Assembly: GCA_012295275.1 (NCBI GenBank)
Contig: CM022673.1
Location: 19,778,001 to 19,842,000, forward strand
Source of the DNA: Chrysomallon squamiferum
Lineage: Eukaryota; Animalia; Mollusca
DNA: 64,000 nt
Direction of reading: 5' to 3'
The position numbers were made by a program, and so were the translations under genes. Positions 1-14,299 of this stretch are shown one piece after another. How positions within the stretch are numbered: the stretch's first letter is position 1; each line of letters begins with the position of its first letter. The notes under the pieces were generated by a model. The model was not told where the DNA came from and made no database searches. It was given only the letters and a program-made list of their open reading frames with translations.

Positions 1-1
1 T

Positions 2-1237
2 CCACAAGGAATAAAAGTGACACCAGTTGGTCGTGCTGCTGCAGCAACAATACCTTTGTCACAAGGAAAACTTTCAAAAACTCCAGTTGACGTACGAACT
101 TCAGGAGAACCATACCTTACTGAAACATCAGGAATAACATCTGTGTCTTCAGGAACAGGTGACCGTAAACAGCCATATGGAAATGGGAATTCTGAAGACT
201 TACATTCTATTCCTGGTTTGGCTTTATCTGACAAAGTTGAAGCAGAAGAGGCTGGGGGTGGTGATGCATTTGGTCTAGAAAAATCAACTTGTAGCAGAGA
301 CCAGATAATTAGTGGTAAAACTACACAGAGTCAGATTACTGATTTGATTGAACTTCTTAAAACCCAGAGTGGAGGGATCAGTATCACACAGATAGCAAAA
401 AGTTTGAACATTAATGTTGACCAGCAAACAACACAGTTGTTGGACAATTTAAAACAGCAGTTACTTGAAGCTGCTTCGGCTGTGAAAGACAAACAGTCTT
501 CTGCTATGTACACATCACCTGTAGAACCTGTAACTAAATGTTTTACCAAAGAAACTGGTTTTGATGTTGACAACCAAGGAGCTTCTGCTTTTCTACACAC
601 TGTGACAACTGAGAGTGCAGTATTTCCAAGTACAACCAGTTCAGGTTTTACTAACACACTGATTCAACAAGGCTATGATAAACATGCTGGAGTAAAAGCT
701 GCTCTTGCCCAGTTGTTAGCACAACAGGGTATTCCTGTTGCTATGGGTGGATCAAAAGTGAGACCAGCTAGCAGTAATTCTGGTACTATCAGTAATGTTC
801 CTGTGCAAGGACAAAGCTCTTGCCCTCATAATTTTCATAATTTTGAGTCACCAGTTTCAAGCATGGGAAATACAAATGTACCAGCAGTCTCTAGTAGTGA
901 AATATCCAGCATCCCACCCATTTCCAGTGTTATAACACAGTCGGCATCAACTGTCAGAATTAAGGCACAGTTCAATCGTGGTTCAGATGATTCAAGAGAA
1001 AGTGATGGCTATTGTGACCCTCTAACTACAAACATTCCAAACACACAATCAATGCCCTATTTTGAATCTGCAACACGGGGACGTGGGAGAGGAGTTCCCC
1101 ATGGACCACCACCAGGCTTGCCATCTGGTTTATCTCAAAAGCATACTACTGGATATGGTCGGAGGTTTGGAAATGATCGTGATGAAAGAAAAAGAGATTC
1201 ATACAATTCTAATTCTGGTCTGATGGGCTGGCAATGA
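2..1237 (+). CDS. CDK12/13: Terminal coding exon (C-terminal low-complexity region) of a CDK12/CDK13 cyclin-dependent kinase; 5' part lies outside the window
   Basis: The frame is open from base 2 to TGA at 1235-1237. It contains HAGVKAALAQLLAQ (cf. CDK13 HAGVKAALLQLLAQ), LIELLKTQ..ISITQIAKSLNINVDQQTTQLL (cf. CDK13 [29 protein letters not shown]) and TRGRGRGVP (cf. the C-terminal GRGRGRGLPY/VPY). The kinase domain is not in the window. Confidence 0.85.
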   Translation, partial: PQGIKVTPVGRAAAATIPLSQGKLSKTPVDVRTSGEPYLTETSGITSVSSGTGDRKQPYGNGNSEDLHSIPGLALSDKVEAEEAGGGDAFGLEKSTCSRDQIISGKTTQSQITDLIELLKTQSGGISITQIAKSLNINVDQQTTQLLDNLKQQLLEAASAVKDKQSSAMYTSPVEPVTKCFTKETGFDVDNQGASAFLHTVTTESAVFPSTTSSGFTNTLIQQGYDKHAGVKAALAQLLAQQGIPVAMGGSKVRPASSNSGTISNVPVQGQSSCPHNFHNFESPVSSMGNTNVPAVSSSEISSIPPISSVITQSASTVRIKAQFNRGSDDSRESDGYCDPLTTNIPNTQSMPYFESATRGRGRGVPHGPPPGLPSGLSQKHTTGYGRRFGNDRDERKRDSYNSNSGLMGWQ

Positions 1238-3315
1238 CATTTGATTACTTTCAATATTACTTCATTTTATAGTTTACTTGTATTTGGTTCTGTGTGGTTG
1301 AGGTCGTGTAGTTAATGTTTTTAAGAGTGCAGACATTATTTTTTTAATCTGAAATCTGAGAAAAAGTTAAATATATATATAATACTTTTTATTTTCTTAA
1401 GATTGACAGAAAGAAAAAAATGCTATCTCTATGAACTTTGCTGGTGTTAATGGAACATCAGAGCACTTGTTTTTTTAATTTTTTTATGTGAATGCTTTTG
1501 TTTTTCAGTTTTGTTATCTTTTTTCGTATCCTCTTGAAGTAAAGTTTTCTTAGATAATGGATAATTATACAAACAAACTGAAAGATGTAGATTACATTTT
1601 GATCTACTACTATTACTGAGCAGATCCTTTAAAATTAGTAATATGTTGGCATAATTTGCAAATTTTCCAATATTAATAAATAATATGCCCATGGTGAATT
1701 AACAATTGATTAAAATTCAGTTGCATATGTTCAGATCTTTAATATTTATTAAATATGATTGTTCTATAAAGTAAATAATAGCAACTGGATGCTTTGTTAT
1801 TAATGTAAAATTTATTATGTGAATGTGGATCACAAATCTGTTTCATTTTTTCTTCTTGAAATTTGTCATTAATTCAGCTTCTGACGTGAATGATTTTTAA
1901 AAGAAAAAGATTCAGTCATTTGCTATATTGTCTTTGTTATTATTATGTTTTAAATAATCATGTAATTATATAATGTATTCTGCCTTTATAAATTATATTT
2001 TGCAAATATTACCCATCCTTTAAAATATGTATATCTGAATTGGATATTTTCAAAAATATATTGTTTATGATGCATTTTATTAATTGCTTATATAAAACTA
2101 ATAAAAAGAATTGTGATGTTTTTATGGTTCTTGCCTTGAAAAGAAAAAAGATGGTAACAGTAGATGAAGGTTTAAAAGAATAATAAATACTTAGTTCATT
2201 TTGTTTTTTGTTTTTTTCTCAAAACATATAATTATAAAATGTGATTCAAATATTTTCCCCTTATGTTGTAAATTGTTCAGTTACTTGCATTTATGTTCAT
2301 CATGTACACACTTAAGATAAACATTTTAATGTATTAAAAATTCAGCTGCTGTATATTGCTCTTAAATGGTGAGAATAAACAAATAATGAGAGACTGTTTT
2401 TGTTATGTATTGATAAAACATGTATATAGTTATTAAACATAAATGTCGGTTATCTGATTGTTTAACAAGAAATTATTAAATTAATTTTTATATATATATA
2501 TATAATGTATATGAGTGAAATCTACAAATTACTTAATTAAATGTTTTGTGCATCTTCAGTTCTTCAGTTTGCATGAAACTTTTAAAATTAATTTTTGGAC
2601 TTGCTCTTCTTTCATTTACAAAATCTAAGTTCAAATATACTTGTTATAGTCAAGCATGATTTAAATTAAATTGTTTTTGTTTTTTCTTCTTTAAATTAAA
2701 AAGTCATCCCAATCCTTTTATTTGTATCTTACTGAACATTTTTCAAACAAAGTGCTAATAAATCTGAAATAAATGAAAACTGCTGGAATGCCCCTTCAAC
2801 TTTAGAATGGCAAACTGTTATGCCAGTTTGAAATGCTCTCAACCTCCATGAACAGAGGAGCCATCGTAAATTAATAATGCATTAAGGAGTATAAATTTGC
2901 TCATTAAATGTTATTTGTAAACATGCACATTATTTCAGAAATAACTACTATTTTAATATTTATTGAAAAACCCGTTATTGAAGTTTATATTTATTATTGA
3001 GTTGTCAATGTATGTTGGCCAGTTTGTATATATTCAATTAAAGTAAAATTTGGACTTGTATTGAACTATAGTTGTAAATTAAAAAGTACAAAGAGATTAA
3101 GAAATAGTGATTGATTCATGTATGTTTTATATGTATACATATATGCCTTTCAGACTGTAAATCTTAAAATGTTTGCAATAATATGTGTTGTTATAAATGT
3201 TTTCACTGTTATGTTCAGAATTCAGCTTTGTATTCAATTATCCTATCTTTTTAAATAGAATTTTGGCAGTCCATCAATATTAGGTCTTGATCCTTTATCC
3301 TGTAAATTATTAATT

Positions 3316-3353
<38 letters not shown>

Positions 3354-6300
3354 ATCTTTAATTTCATTTATTCTTTTTCATAATTAAGTTCATTCTGTAT
3401 TTGCAATCAAGTATTTAAAAAAGTAGCATGTATTATTGTTAATTGCAGTTTGATAATGATATCTGATATTAAAACGCTAAAGATTTTGTAAACATTTGTT
3501 TGCATTCTGAAGGAAAGTAAGAATTTATAGACCAAGACAAAGTGTGCCTACATGCCAGTTTAAAACAAGTTAACGAATGCAACATTGACTATAAAATTAT
3601 ACATTAACAAATGAAGATGTGCGAAATGTGCAGAAAGAAATGGTGGTAAATGGATGTGTAAAAAGTGATACATCGAAATGATCGTATATATATATATATA
3701 TACAAAACAGTGGTTGCTTTGTTTTGTTTCTCATGAAGGTGCAGTTTGAAAAATGTTACTGGAAAAAAACCATGTTTTTGAACATTCTAGTGACCAGAGT
3801 TAAATGTGAAATGGTTAATACAGCATAATATTGTGTTATCCTGAGAAAAAATTCTTCACTGTACTTTTGGGAAAACAGCTGAATAAGAAATGAATATGAT
3901 GATAATTCTCTGAAAGTATCGTGGATAATTTTCTTGTAATGGAAATAGTGATGAAGTTAGAAGACGGGATCTGCCTATATACTCTTGAAAAAGATACAGG
4001 TGGGTTTATAGAACTTCAGTACCACCATCAAAAGTAGTATATTTTACATTCCTATATATTTTTATAATTCTAACAGTTATTCTGATTTGAAAAATATTTT
4101 GTTGTTTCATTGTATAACCCTGTAGATGCCAATTATTTGTTTCTTTAAAATGCTACTATCTCAAAGTTTAAAGATGTTATGTTTTGTAAAAGAAAAGTGA
4201 AATATTGGCATAAATTCAGGCCTATGGTCTTGTTTGCTGTAAAAAGAAATTAATAGCTTATATTTATAAATGGCTGTTTCCAAATCAATAATGTTGCTAC
4301 TAACGTATTAATATAATCTGGAGTACTACATTTTCCTTGTGTCTTCTGTTATATTAGGCCTGAAACTAATTGCTAATACCAAAGTAATGTCCAAATCTAA
4401 AAGCATTAACGGTTAATGCATCTAATTACTTCTAAAATTGCAGATTTATGAAATTGAAAGGAATTTAGTTTTATTTATTTATTTATTTATTTATTGGCCA
4501 GACTATGATAAAATAATTTAGTACTGAGGTGTGATGAATATGTTACCTTGTATAGAAGTGAATACAATAACTGATTCTTCCTGCTTGCCAAAATCACGTG
4601 GGAAAATGTTAATAAAGATATATCTGTTTAATTTTCTTCTATTTCTTTTTTAAATACTGGGAAAAATAAATATATAATAAAATAGAATATTCTTGCAACA
4701 AGAATGTTCATTAGTTCTGATAGGCTAGATAAATAAGGTATTCTGTTATCTTTGTTTGCTTTCAGGAATTACATACACTTTTAGTTGTTTATTATTTATT
4801 TATTAGTTAAATATGTCAGTATTATTTTAAATATACCATGTTAATACAAAAGAAAAACCAGTGTAAAATAATACTACATTTTTAAAAAGCATTTACAGAT
4901 GCTTTGTAATGTTTGGGCATTTCAGGGGATTTTTTTTTTTTAGAAGAAATAAAAACAAAACAAAAATTAAAAACATGGCCTTTAGTACAAAATTAAGCAA
5001 AAGAACATGGAAATAACAAGAAGAGTGGGGTAAAGGCAAGTTACCTGGGCAGAATTATAACAACAAAGACAAATATCAGAATATAAATGGTATTTACTTT
5101 AAAACCACTTTGTAAGATTAAAAATACATACATATTAAACCAAAATAAAGAAGTAATAAAAAAAATAAAGTATCTTGACCTTAAAATGTGTGCCTTAGAC
5201 TCGACATTGGCAGTAAATTGATTCTTTTTATCTCAGCTATTTCGTATTTTAGTCATTCTGTGTCAAGTCATTCAAAATAATGGCCAGAATTGGAATTTAG
5301 GTAATTGGTATTAAAGATATTTACATTTTTCACATGGATAAGATTTAATTCTGAACTATATAGGAATGGTTTTTAGCAAACTATGATTTCTTCCGCTGGC
5401 ATAGTGGAAGACTTTAATTCATACAATCTTCAGGATTTGGCTATTAGCTACATTTGAGTTGTCAAGTTTTGTATAAAATTTTAATGTGTTTCTTTGATGG
5501 TGACCAAATGGTGTCACTCAGTATCAAGTAATTAATCACACTGATTAAGGTAATCAGTGAATCCTCAGTATCTAGGACACTCTGAGTGGCCTATTGTACA
5601 TACTTCACAATCATCTGAGCAGGGTTCTTGCATAATCAATGTTTCCACACTGTATTTGTACTTTCTAGCTTTAGGCATGCATCCTTTGACTTCATTTTCA
5701 GGCTAATAAGAATTCTCAATTTTTTTATTATTATTTTTGTTTGTGTGATTGTTTTGTGTAGAAATTATGTTGGACTAAATTTTTTATGCACGGTCATATA
5801 ATGTTCATGTGATTCACATAAAGGTTAGAAGGTCATCACCATTCAAATTATCATAGTGAAAAAATAATAATAAATAAACATTTAGGGATTCCTTGTTAAA
5901 TCACCTTTCTAGAAATGTCCATTTCATCAAGGCCGACCAGTTCTGGCAACTGACTGCTGAACTATGGCCCATTTGTGAATTTAATACAAAAAAACCATAA
6001 AAAAAAAAACCACACAATTAAACTAGCATAGAAAGGAGTAGAGAATAATAATAACTTTTAGTAATGGTCAAATATTTCATATATAAATAAATCTCTCAAA
6101 ACATTAATTAAAACTCTTAAAACATATGCTGGAGGAGGGATTTACAAAATAAAAAAATAAAACATTTTTGGAGGTAAGAATAAAAACAAATTTGAAAACG
6201 TTTTTCTTTCTTTTTGTGTATTATTTTTATTTATTAATTTTTTTTTTTTTAGGGGGTGTGTGTTTGGGATGTTACTGTAAAGAGATACTTTGTATCACTG

Positions 6301-6989
6301 AAAGATTACTTTCTAAAGTGTAGTAGGATTACTGGTTGTTGCACAGTATTAATAAAATAATATTTAAGAAAAATAAAAACCTATATGAAATAAAAGCTAA
6401 ACTCCAGCACTGTGTGATCAGTAGTAAATTCCACTCACATTGTCAGTTTACAGACTAAATAGATTGATGCATTTTGTAATAATTGTGATGAACTTACAGT
6501 TGTGAGAAACTAAGAAAAATCTGTTTACTGTTGGAGTGATGGTTAACTCTTGATGTTTTTATTATGACCTTGTTAAATTTAGAAAGGTGTATGTAGTCAC
6601 ATGTAATAGCGATTAGTTACTGGTTTAGATCTTAAAAGCCAAACTGAAATCATTTTCATTTTAAAAATTAAATTGTTATTAAAGAACTATTTTATTTTTG
6701 ATGTATAAATCTTCTACTCTTAAAACAAATAAAACATTTCATTTCGTTTCTGTATTATTTAATATTGCAGGATAAAAGAAATATTGTATGTGCAACATTC
6801 CAGTCTTCACAGGATTGAAGTGTGTGTGGATATACAGTTGTCCCTTGATTAATGCAGTTAATCAATCAAGTTTATCAAACACAATTTCATTACTTTATAG
6901 TGTGACTCATTTTAGACATTGTTAAGGGTTTATATTTAGAAAGCACTTAATAGAAAAAAAGAAATCAATAAAATAATGTTGTTAGTGTA

Positions 6990-8150
6990 AAATGCATGTG
7001 CACTAAGTGGCTGCTGTTTAGCAACCAGTTCAATCTGCTTGTCAGCATATTACCAACTGGCATTAGTGGCTAAGTTTCAATGCTCCTTCCCAGTGACTGA
7101 TGCCAGTGTTTGCTTTCCTGCAGAAAAATCAAATGAGTATTAATCTAAATTTTTACTGTGCTCGTCATGTTACTATTAATCAAGTATAGCACAAAGTGAA
7201 ACTGCATTAAACAAGGAGAACTAGTCTGTGGTTGTGTATATATAAACACATGAACTGACCTTACTAGTAACCTCTGGTGTTCCAGCTACTAATATTTCCC
7301 ACAGGATAACAAAATTCTAACTCCAGTAGTCTACTGGGCTGCTACTTTATTCCCAATCTATCCAGTTTTCAAGACACTTTGTTCATTCATGTGTGCACAC
7401 TCCTGGCATCAGTAATAATTAATATTTCAGGGTTTTGGAGCCAAAAGTGGTGATTGGACGGTATGATTGTCATTTTCAAAGCTTACATTTTGGGAGATAA
7501 AACTGTTTTTGATGTTTTACCACTATGGCAACTACCTTGCAAAGCAGATGAAAACAAATAGCTGTAAAAAACTAAAATGCCAAGAGGAATTGTTTTGTTA
7601 TGGAAAATGGAATTTGAATGGATACGGTCCAACTATGAAAAAAAATTGCCATGAAGAAAATCAGTTTGGAGGTTAAAAAGATAAGATGATTTCATATACC
7701 TATATACTAGCTGCTAGCTCTTTCTCTTTCCACTGCTAAAGAACACAGTCATACCAAATTGGATTTGTTTTCTCCAAAATAAATAACTTTGTTGTAAGGC
7801 AGCTTTATGTGATTTTTTAGAGGGCATCTACCACTTCCAGCAGTGCAAGGAGTGGTTGTTTTCGTCCAATCACAAGAACCTGCCAAACCTTTTCCATTCA
7901 AACTATTTGATCATTCCATGCATATTTATTTTATAAAAACCTTGTCTAAATGGGCTTTTGAGGTAAAAAGGTCCAGGGTGTGTTGTGAAGTCATATACTT
8001 ATTTCTAAGAACAACATCTGTAATCATCAATTCCATTTTCATGACTTCATCCAAATATCATACATGTTCTGCATTGTCATCAACATCACTTTCATCCACT
8101 ATGCCATCACTTTTGTACTTGTCTTTTGATTTTATGTAGACCAAGATATT
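6990..8150 (-). mobile_element. Possible highly decayed DNA-transposon (piggyBac-like) remnant
   Basis: A more coding-like stretch with an acidic patch (DESDVDDNAE) and faint fragments resembling piggyBac core motifs (HVF..TSSP, TSTVK, LATN). It has many stops and frameshifts, and no TIRs were identified. Confidence 0.2.
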
Positions 8151-8784
8151 TTCCCAGTTCACAACAGGCTTGGGCATGTGAGAACCATCTCCATGTGAAT
8201 TTGTTCACCTCTTCATATTTATACACTATTTTACATCTCATTTTTCCACCACTTGTGTTCTTTTTGTATTCAGAATTATGAAGGAAGAATATTTAAACTT
8301 AGACAGCTATGAACAATTTGATAACAGCATGTTCCATCATAGCTTGCAGGGAAAACCAAAGTCTATGGGACATTTTACTCTCGATGCAATTTTCTGAATA
8401 ATGTACCTGTATAAAGTTATGTTTCCAACTGATTTACAAATCGAATCAGTAAAAGGTGTGGAAATGTTTCAAAATGTTTTCAAAGGATATGCTATTTTTT
8501 CAAATTTTTTGGAATTTGTTTTTCTGAAATGTTAAATTTTTTACAGATTTTGAGAAAGGATACCATCTAAATAGTGTTTGAAATAGTTTTAAATAGATTT
8601 TGAAATACATTTTTTCCCCACAAATTATTTGTATTAAATGTTACAAATAGATTTTGAGAAAGGATACTTTGTAAATTGTTTTCGAAATAGATATAAACAG
8701 ACTTATAATCGTTTTTTTCTAGAAATGTGTCTTTAAACACCTTAATGTTTTTATATATAGTTTTATGTATGGAAATGTTTTTAA

Positions 8785-8990
8785 ATACATACATATACAT
8801 ATACATATATATATATATATCTATACATGCATACATACACGTACACATATGCACACATACATACACATAAATACATATACATTTCATATATATATGTATA
8901 CGTGTGTGTGTGTATATATATGTGTATGTGTGTATGTGTATGTGTATGTATATGTATATATGTTTATATGTGTATATATGTATATATGTA

Positions 8991-9062
<72 letters not shown>
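8785..9062. repeat. Compound (TA)n/(CA)n/(TG)n microsatellite
   Basis: Directly visible; it explains the spurious ORFs at 8567-9129. Confidence 0.95.
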
Positions 9063-9063
<1 letters not shown>

Positions 9064-12021
9064 TTATTTGGAAAATGTAAATTTGTAAGCCTGGATGTGA
9101 CATCTGTCTTTTCAGTAATATTTCATTAATATTATATCCACCTCTTAAATCAGGTGTGAAGACAATATATCTACAATATAATGTCTATGAAAAACCTACT
9201 TTGCCTTTTTTAATATCACAATTTGTACATTTAATTTGCAAATCATACAATGTCACATTCTGGCTACTTCGACATATAAAAGTTAATATTATTTAAGAAA
9301 CATTCCTTAGAAACAAAAATACTTTTCAGTTTTCCTCCTACTCAACAGGACCAACTAATTAGAAGCTATGTAAGTAATAGCTTATGCTAAATGGTTAAAA
9401 CAACTAACTGAAAGTTTGATCCAGGATGTGACAACCAAGATGGCTGATGGCTCAGAAAATACATGTATGTACAGCAGTTATCAAATATCTATAAGTAGTC
9501 AAATGAGCAGAGAATTGTGTAACAAGTAGATGACAGATAAGAATATATTTCACAATGTTCAATAATTTGGACCAAATGGGTAGTTAGAAGAATGAAAGAC
9601 ATGAACCTATATGGAAAATTGTGAACCAGAATGCCTGGCTGCAGAAAGATAAAGAAAGAGAAGGCAGAGAGAAAGAAATAATGAAAATTTAACAGAACAG
9701 CAAAGAGAAAACAAAAGGAAAGACTGAAAAAAAAAAACCAGAACCACACACCAACTAAAATGCTCCCAAAGTATCACAGCACAGGTAGGGAAAGCAGTGA
9801 AAAGGTTAGTTAGAGGCTACCAGTCTCCCTCTAAAGAAGGCCTGTCAGTTGCAGAGTGAATGGGAAAACAAAATGTTAGATAAAATAACTGTTTTAAATT
9901 TCCGTATTCATTAATGATGACAAAAAGTGATTTTACTTATATTTTTTCCTTATTTTTTATTATAAAAAATGTATTATGGACAAGTATGCTTGATGTGTTA
10001 ACCAAGCAAAAATGTCTTGTATAGAAAAAGAATAATCAACTGTTTAACACATTGCACAAATGGACCACAGAATGGCCAATATATACACACACATACACAC
10101 AAACGTATATATATATATATATACATATTTCATTAAAATTCAAAATTAAGTTATTATCAGGTTCCGAATTTGTACCCAAATTAAATCAGAAACAGCTGAG
10201 AACTTTGGAATCAGTACTTCAAGATTATCAGTTATTTCAACAATGTCAACATTGCGGCAATTGTAAATTATTGGGAAAATTATTTTATATCTGTCTTTAC
10301 ATTTGCCCAGTTCAACATTTATTCTAAAAGGTTTTTGTGTTTGTAATGAGCAAATTCAAAAAGCTTCTTTCAAGTCTGAAAAGGTCAGTTTCAGTTTTCG
10401 GGATTATTTGAAAATGATCCTCCAATATCCGTTGTCACAGGAATGTAATTTCATGTCCAATATCTTATTTTTGACAGAATTCTAACTGCAACATATTTTG
10501 TGCTTGGCTAACATACTGGTGTGTGTTTTTTTTTGGTTAGTTGCAGGTTATCAAATACACAACACTTTTGGAACTAGGTTAGTTCAGATTTGATTTCAGT
10601 TTTGGTTTGTTTGTTACTGATCATAGACTGAAATTTTATTATGTCATGAAGCCTGCATCTGGTCTTTTTGCAGATTACTGTAGATCCAGAACCTGAGTGA
10701 AGTGGAATATTATGTTCGACTTTATATGGTTTAAATGTGTCTGTTGGACCCAGGGGCTTTTCTAATTCTCTGATTTAATTTTCCTTAGAACATGGTTTGA
10801 ATAACCTCTGAATTTCAAAACACAAAATGGGACTGAACAGGCTTCATTAAAATTTTCTTTGTTACCTGAATTTCTGTGCACCTAATGACTTCAGATTTAA
10901 CTATATATTTAAATATATGATGCTGTTTGTACAAGACAGATGCCACTGCACACATACACATGAACTGAACAATATATGTGTATGTGTGTATGTTTTTGTA
11001 GTGTATTTTGTTAATTTGGAAATGTCAATAATAATATACTGTGTGAAAAGTGAAAAGGGTGTCCATGTATCTACAAAAAGTACTGTACAAAACTGCAGAA
11101 TTGCATGTGCAAATTTTTCAGACAGAATTTAAAAAAATGAAATGTCACAAATTAATTTGAGATCTTCAAATAATATAAATAACAATAGCAAAGTGACAGC
11201 ATTTAACTTCACTGAAAAAATAAATACAAAACATCATAAACTTGGTGTTGGAAATCAACTAACATGAAATTAAAGTCTTACAGCTAAGACCTGTAAAAGG
11301 AATTAACAGAATTACTTCCAAATGAAACAAATTAACAAGGCTTAGGTAGGTACATTTTTTTTAATGTGTATTATTTTGTTTATAATCACAAGCAATTACA
11401 TACAATAAAACAAGAAATAAAAATAAAATGGGAGTACTAAACTTTTACAACAGACATGCAAAATAAGTATAGGTTTGACTGTATTTGACCCTATAGTTTG
11501 GAAGAAAAGAAATAATGCAGTTAGAAATTTTAATGTTAAGTAAATGAAAATAAATATAGTGTTTGGTTATTTTCTGCAGAAGTATTTCTTTTGACTGTGA
11601 CTGAATGAAACAAGACACTTCTTGGAGTATCCATTCAGGAGGTGGTTCGATTCCACCAAGTGTCCACATTATGCCACATGTCAAAGAAGTCTACTGTTGG
11701 ATATTTTATATAATAAATGACTGGATTTCTACATATCTGATTCTAGATTAACTTGCTAATAAGATTAAAATAATAATATGTACTATACTTAGCTAAAAAC
11801 AACCTTATAAACACTTCCTTTCTTTAAAATCATTAAAAGTCAGTATCCTTTTATTTTCATAATAAGAATCCAAAGAGAAAGTAATTAATGGTACATAGTG
11901 AATTTTTGTTTTCAACTTCTGTACTCTCATCATTAATACATTCTAATTTATTTATTTCCTATTAAACTATTTGATAATTTTACTGTTTGTAATTACTTTT
12001 TAATTGTTATAAAATATGAAA

Positions 12022-12061
<40 letters not shown>

Positions 12062-12487
12062 CCTTTATAAGGATTAACTATCTTATTCTTTTAATTATTT
12101 AATTAACTATATTGCTAATAATATATCAGTTTTAAAAGGTAAATGTGTGCACACACACGCAGACGCACATACACACACACTAAAACCATATGAACTGCAT
12201 TTTGATTGTCATGCTGAAACAGAATTTATTAATTCTAGATTAAGTGATTATGTTATAATTGTTTTAAGCTGAAACCAGTTTAAAACAAAAGCATTTTATT
12301 TGCACTGTTTGTATTTTTAACTAACAGATATGTTTCTTTCAGTTATAGATTTGCCAGTTGTAAGAATAAAAATAAAAATCTTTAATAGAATTTACTCAGA
12401 ATAAAATCAAAATGAAATAAAAGTTAAGTAAATCACAATACCAAATGTGCATATTTATTATATAGGTATACATAAAAATAAATAAGA

Positions 12488-12881
12488 TACTGATGACCCT
12501 TGATATCATGGACTAATAGGGAGAGAACTAGTCTGGAAAATTACAAATTAACTCTAAAATTTACCAAAACATTAAACTTTAGTAATATAATAATCTAAAA
12601 ACAATATCAGACTTAAAAAGTGTAAACAAATGTCAAGAAAATGTAAAAAACATACAATTACAGAAAAATATAGGGTATGTTGGGTCAAATGTGTTAGTTT
12701 GGGATGTTTACGGATGCAAATGTAAAATTGCTGTGATCCTATTCTGGGAACACAGAAGAACTAAGATGTAAGGTTTCAAGTAGGAAACGGTGGTAAATTC
12801 AAATTTTGTGAATTTTCAAGATTTGCTCTGGATTTCTGAAATCCAGAAAACTAGTGTCCATGAAATCAAGGGTCAACAATA
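12488..12881. mobile_element. MITE with ~26-bp terminal inverted repeats (Tc1/mariner/pogo-like, TA-flanked)
   Basis: The left end TACTGATGACCCTTGATATCATGGAC matches the reverse complement of the right end, TATTGTTGACCCTTGATTTCATGGAC. The internal sequence recurs at ~32641-32928. Confidence 0.75.
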
Positions 12882-13444
12882 CTAAAGTAAAATAACCTAT
12901 CTGGATATTTTTATTTCATTGTTCATTTATTTATACAGGTCAAAATTTTATTTATGTAAAATTAAACTTTCTATGTTTGTTCTTTTACATTTAAAAAAAT
13001 GTAATAATCAATATCAATCTATCCAGTATCTTAAATATTTGTTACATATTTAGCTTGGAACAAATGTGATGAATTAAATGTGTATACACTACTGCAACCA
13101 TTTTATTATTATTTTTTTTCTTCTTCTTCAGAAGCATGCTTTATATAAAAACAATTCAACAAATTACACCTGTAAAATATAAATATCATCCAGATGACTG
13201 AATCCATTAAAACTGTAAAATTTGTTTCAACAAAAGTAATATATTTAAGTATGTTAAACTATCTGGATAACAGTACTCTAAAATATTAGTATTTTATTTA
13301 CTTAATTTTTTTTATTAGCATTTTTTTCCTTCCTTAAAATCACTAATGAATTTCAGCAATTCTGTTTGAAAGAAAATGATTTTTGGCAAGTTACTAACAA
13401 GAGGCCTACTGTGTGTATTAATAAAAACTTTGGGCACTGTTGTA

Positions 13445-14299
13445 TCACGTTGTAGTGGATGGAGAATGTGATACAGGAACAGGAATCAAATCACGCCATG
13501 GGTCGTCCAACATACTTGTGTCATAATATATTTCAATATTATTGCTTCCTCCATAATTTGCTTTGGAATCATATCTTGGACTCTGTGAAATAGATATTAT
13601 AATAATTTTCAACCTTTAAAACTGTATTATTTGATAAAAATGAAAAATATTTTAAAAATTACTTATTATTTTCAGGATTATGGTTTCCACATTGACTAAT
13701 TATTCATTATTTAATTGGTTTACTATTTAGCACAAAATTATATTAGATGAGAGAACAAAGTTTATACTTATAACTTATATGATATAATATTCGAAGTTGT
13801 AAAAATCTAAACATCTCTTTATCTTTTTACTTGAACGTTATTGCTAGCTTTCCTGCTAAATTTAAATAAATTCATGTAATATAATTTTAAAAGAAATATA
13901 TTCTTAACATGCAGTTTTTAAGTAATTTAATTTTTAAAATCAAACCTTGTGGTTATAATTCGTCGTTTCTGGAAATCTTTTAGGCGAAGACCTTGATTGT
14001 GACCTATCATTCCATATAACTGATTGCTGAGTTCTAGATATATTATGACCATTTAGAGTAAACTGCCTAGGTTGTGAGCTTGTAGGGGATTTAAAAACGT
14101 CTTGATGATAGGGATGATACTGACGCTGAGTATGTGAATATCCACAATTTCGTCCTCGATACGGACCTTGAGCTTCGCAGCCTGGTCTAAAATTAGGAGA
14201 GTTTTGTGGAAATCGAGGCTGATTCTGTCTTATATTTTGATACTCGTTTCCTGGTGATCGCGGACAATAACTCTGAGCTGGAGAACCCCACGAAGCCAT
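13445..14299 (-). CDS. MPLKIP: M-phase-specific PLK1-interacting protein (MPLKIP/TTDN1), 163 aa, 2 exons: 14299-13946 and 13582-13445
   Basis: Exon 1 is SP/RG-rich (MASWGSPAQSYCPRSPG...) and ends AAG|GT in phase 0. Exon 2 follows tttcacag| and reads SPRYDSKANYGGSNNIEIYYDTSMLDDPWRDLIPVPVS...*, which contains the family signature YYxxSML(E/D)DPWxxLxP. Confidence 0.9.

Noticed and set aside
331-657. 108-aa minus-strand ORF
   Set aside because: Antisense shadow of the CDK12/13 exon, with no recognisable motif.
8567-9129. His/Thr/Tyr/Val-Cys-rich ORFs
   Set aside because: Translations of dinucleotide microsatellites.
9480-10900. Purine-rich and coding-looking patches between CDK12/13 and MPLKIP
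   Set aside because: No consistent exon chain or recognisable motif; possibly very old TE debris.
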